Source of the DNA: Deltaproteobacteria bacterium
GTDB taxonomy: Bacteria > Myxococcota_A > UBA9160 > SMWR01
Assembly: GCA_024640705.1 (NCBI GenBank)
Contig: JAHEEJ010000002.1
Location: forward strand, 1 to 37,710
Direction: 5' to 3'
Length of the DNA stretch: 37,710 nucleotides
Shown here: positions 35,391 to 37,710 of the stretch, one piece after another
How positions within the stretch are numbered: position 1 is the first letter of the stretch
Layout: every line of letters starts with the position of its first letter
Translations under genes and position numbers: made by a program
The notes under the pieces: model-generated
Seen by the model: the letters and a program-made list of their open reading frames with translations, nothing else
Databases searched by the model: none
Told to the model about the DNA's origin: nothing

Positions 35391-36833
35391 TCAACATACG
35401 TCTTCGATGGCCGCCTCGAGCAACCGCGCTTTGTCCATGCTCTCCTGCCACTCTGCCGCGGAATTCGAATCCGCGACGATTCCGCCACCGGCGTGCAGAT
35501 AGGCGCGGCCATGGCGCAACAGGATGGTGCGAATCACGACACTGAGATCCGCGCCCCCTCGGATGTCGAAGTAGCCGATCGCTCCGGAATAGACGCCCCT
35601 CCGCACGGGTTCGAGCTCGTCGAGAATTCGCATCGCGGCGATCTTGGGGGCGCCCGTCATCGATCCGGGCGGAAACGTCGCGCGCACCAGATCGAAAACA
35701 TCGCATTCGCCGCGAAGTCGGCCGCAAATCGTCGAAACCATCTGGTAGACCGACGCGTAGCTTTCGATTCGCATGAGTTTCGGGACTTCCACGCTGCCGA
35801 GTTCGCAAACGCGACCGAGATCGTTGCGAACCAGATCGACGATCATCAGGTTTTCGGCTCGATCCTTGGCAGAGGTTTCGAGCACGGCCCGATTCGCGAG
35901 ATCCGACGCTTCATCCGCACCACGCGGACTGGTGCCCTTGATCGGTCGGCTCTCGACCCGCCGATCCGCGTCGAGCTTGAGAAAACGCTCCGGAGAACTT
36001 CCGACGATCGCCACCTCGGGAAGTTCCAGGTAGCTCGCGAAAGGCGCAGGGTTCAGCTCGCGCAGCCTCCGATAGAGCATCCAAGGGTCGGCCGCGCAAT
36101 CGCGCTCTTTGCGGTGGGTGAGGCAGACCTGATAGACCTCGCCCGCCTCGATCTCCTCCTTGGCGGCATCGACGGCTTTTGCATAGGTGTCCGCATCGAA
36201 GAACGCGGAGGGGGCTTCCGAGCGCGTCACCGAAGCGGATCTCGCGGGCGGCGTCGCGCCATCGACTTGCGCGCTGATTTCGTCGACCGCTCGACGCGCG
36301 AAATCGGCTGCCCCGTCGATCTCCTCCGAGAAACCCAGCCCACACGCGTACAACTTGTCCGCGTTCGAATCGTGCGCGATGAACCGATCGACGAAGAGCA
36401 GGTAGAGATCCGGCAGCTGCAGATCGTCGAGGCCCCGGAAGTGGTGAACGTCGAATTGGCCCGCCAATTCGTACCCGAGATAGCCGACTGCACCGCCGAT
36501 GAAGGGAAGGTCCACTGGCGCCGACACCAAAGGCGGTTCCGGGAACAGGCTCCGCACCGTCTCCAGCAAATCGCCCGACCCCTCGCGACGACCGACCACC
36601 AGGCCTGGCCTCACGGCGCGAAGGCATTCGACTTCGACCTCCGACCCGCGTCCGCGCACCACCAGGTAGGGATCGGCGCCCGCGAAGGAAAATCTCCCGC
36701 AATCCGAAGCCAGCGCACTGTCGAGCAACCAGGGATACGAACCGGAGCGCAGCTTCTCGAACACCTCCGTCGCACCTTGGACAGGCGAAACTTCACGCGC
36801 GAAACTGACCGTCTTTCCCGAGAGCTGGTACAC
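35391..36833 (-). CDS. pabB: Chorismate-utilising enzyme, aminodeoxychorismate synthase component I type
   Basis: GTG at 36833 with a GGAGAC SD. SSPERFL, RPIKGTSPRG (the Lys in PIKGT is characteristic of PabB; TrpE has PxAGT), AENLMIVDLVRND, PPGSMTGAPK and GGGIVADS. Confidence 0.8.
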   Translation of the reverse strand: MYQLSGKTVSFAREVSPVQGATEVFEKLRSGSYPWLLDSALASDCGRFSFAGADPYLVVRGRGSEVEVECLRAVRPGLVVGRREGSGDLLETVRSLFPEPPLVSAPVDLPFIGGAVGYLGYELAGQFDVHHFRGLDDLQLPDLYLLFVDRFIAHDSNADKLYACGLGFSEEIDGAADFARRAVDEISAQVDGATPPARSASVTRSEAPSAFFDADTYAKAVDAAKEEIEAGEVYQVCLTHRKERDCAADPWMLYRRLRELNPAPFASYLELPEVAIVGSSPERFLKLDADRRVESRPIKGTSPRGADEASDLANRAVLETSAKDRAENLMIVDLVRNDLGRVCELGSVEVPKLMRIESYASVYQMVSTICGRLRGECDVFDLVRATFPPGSMTGAPKIAAMRILDELEPVRRGVYSGAIGYFDIRGGADLSVVIRTILLRHGRAYLHAGGGIVADSNSAAEWQESMDKARLLEAAIEDVC

Positions 36834-36885
36834 GAGGGGTCTCCGCGAGCGAGGCTACCCCATGCCAGTGAGCTAGGCTGGCGCT

Positions 36886-37710
36886 ATGAAACGAAATCTG
36901 ATCTACCACGCGGGCTGCCCGGACGGCTTCGGCGCGGCCTGGGCCGCGCGCCGCGCCTGGGGGGACGACGCGCGCTACATCCCGAGAAGCCACGACGATG
37001 ACTTCGACCCCGAGCGGTTCGAAGACGAGTCCGTCGTCTTCGCGGACATCTCGCTGCCCAACCCGCTGCTGCGGCGATTGGGCGAGGTTGCCGCTGAGTT
37101 GCTGGTCCTCGACCACCACCTGACCGCCCGCGACCATTTCGCGTCGGATCCGAGCCTGGAAAACGCGCTGACCGCCAATGGCCACCGCGTGCATTTCGAC
37201 CTCGAGCAATCGGGCGCGATGCTCACCTGGAATCACTTCCACCCCGACGAACCCGCGCCGGACCTGCTGCGCTACGTCCAGGACCAGGATCTCTGGAACT
37301 GGGCACTACCGGAGTCCGAAGAAATCAACGCCGCGATCGGCTCCTACCCTCGGCGCCACAGCGACTGGGACAAACTCGCGGCGCGCCCGATCGGGAGCCT
37401 GGCCGAAGAGGGCCGGCCGATCGTTCGAGCCAACCGGATCGAGGTCGCGCGTGCGATGGCACACGCTCATCCGGTGGCCATCGGAAGCGTGAGGATCGAA
37501 GCGGTGAACGCGCGCCACCCCCGCGCGGAGATCGGACACGAACTCGCAACGCGCGCGAAGTACGGCCAGCCCTGGGGCATCGTCTACCGCGTGGTGGGCA
37601 GTCGAGTCGACTGTTCGATCTACTCGCTCGGAGACTGCGACGCCTCGGCGATTGCAACCCAATTCGGCGGCGGCGGCCACCGCAACGCCTCGGGATTCAG
37701 CGTGTCCCTG
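36886..37710 (+). CDS. DHH/DHHA1 phosphoesterase (NrnB/COG2404-like); the 3' end runs off the right edge of the window
   Basis: The frame is open from the ATG at 36886 to the window end, so it is not in the ORF track. My translation is MKRNLIYHAGCPDGFGAAWAARRAW (motif I), VVFADISL (II), LLVLDHHLT (III) ... FGGGGHRNASGF (DHHA1 GGGH). Confidence 0.8.
   Translation, partial: MKRNLIYHAGCPDGFGAAWAARRAWGDDARYIPRSHDDDFDPERFEDESVVFADISLPNPLLRRLGEVAAELLVLDHHLTARDHFASDPSLENALTANGHRVHFDLEQSGAMLTWNHFHPDEPAPDLLRYVQDQDLWNWALPESEEINAAIGSYPRRHSDWDKLAARPIGSLAEEGRPIVRANRIEVARAMAHAHPVAIGSVRIEAVNARHPRAEIGHELATRAKYGQPWGIVYRVVGSRVDCSIYSLGDCDASAIATQFGGGGHRNASGFSVSL

Noticed and set aside
34968-37001. 677-aa plus-strand ORF
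   Set aside because: It is antisense to the clearly recognisable pabB and CoA-transferase genes. The translation is Arg-rich and low in complexity, with no motifs.
37174-37192. TGGCCA-N5-TGCAT, a sigma-54-like string
   Set aside because: The spacing is off by one, the -24 is non-consensus, and it lies inside the DHH phosphoesterase CDS.
1-37710. Search for tRNA, rRNA, CRISPR arrays, IS elements, integrases, toxin-antitoxin pairs and known defence genes
   Set aside because: I found no T-loop or cloverleaf candidates outside CDSs and no direct-repeat/spacer arrays. The only tandem repeats are in-frame coding repeats. I recognised no transposase, recombinase or defence-associated motifs in any credible frame.

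Overview
High-GC (by eye, mid-60s %) chromosomal segment from a diderm bacterium. It is densely coding, with about 35 genes. I saw no rRNA, tRNA, CRISPR array, transposase or integrase.

The centre of the window (16938-28178, all on the minus strand) is a complete Tad/Flp (type IVc) pilus cluster: flp pilin, prepilin peptidase, TadE-like and TadG-like minor pilins, CpaB/RcpC, TadB, TadC, CpaC/RcpA secretin, a short CpaD-like lipoprotein, CpaE/TadZ, the CpaF/TadA ATPase and a TadD-like TPR lipoprotein.

The most notable observation is regulatory. The cluster is split by a 430-bp non-coding gap. Each half is preceded by a perfect sigma-54 -24/-12 element (TGGCAC-N5-TTGCT). Each promoter has the same ~25-nt conserved box exactly 146 bp upstream, so the two halves appear to share one enhancer-type control module. 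The activator for it is not in this window.

Other points worth a second look:
- A secreted chimeric protein (29310-30656): a small Cys-containing domain, then a (GYYYPYY)n tract, then 11 tandem 45-bp repeats encoding an Arg/Ser/Asn/Glu-rich tail.
- A protein (2136-3890) that seems to fuse a DHH-like soluble domain to a polytopic domain resembling a CPBP protease that has lost its catalytic histidines.
- A cysteine-rich TadG-like protein without an obvious vWA domain.

Flanking genes are housekeeping or envelope functions: a Kef-type antiporter, miaA, a class III aminotransferase, an ODC-like decarboxylase, ychF, DUF4105, SCO, a HAD hydrolase, a UbiA prenyltransferase, a secreted CX5R phosphatase, mtgA, msrB, ydbH-ynbE-ydbL, pabB with a CoA-transferase and an NfeD-like gene, and an NrnB-like DHH phosphoesterase.

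Many long ORFs in the supplied track are antisense or alternate-frame shadows typical of high-GC DNA, and I rejected them. All family calls come from motif recognition by eye; no searches were run.
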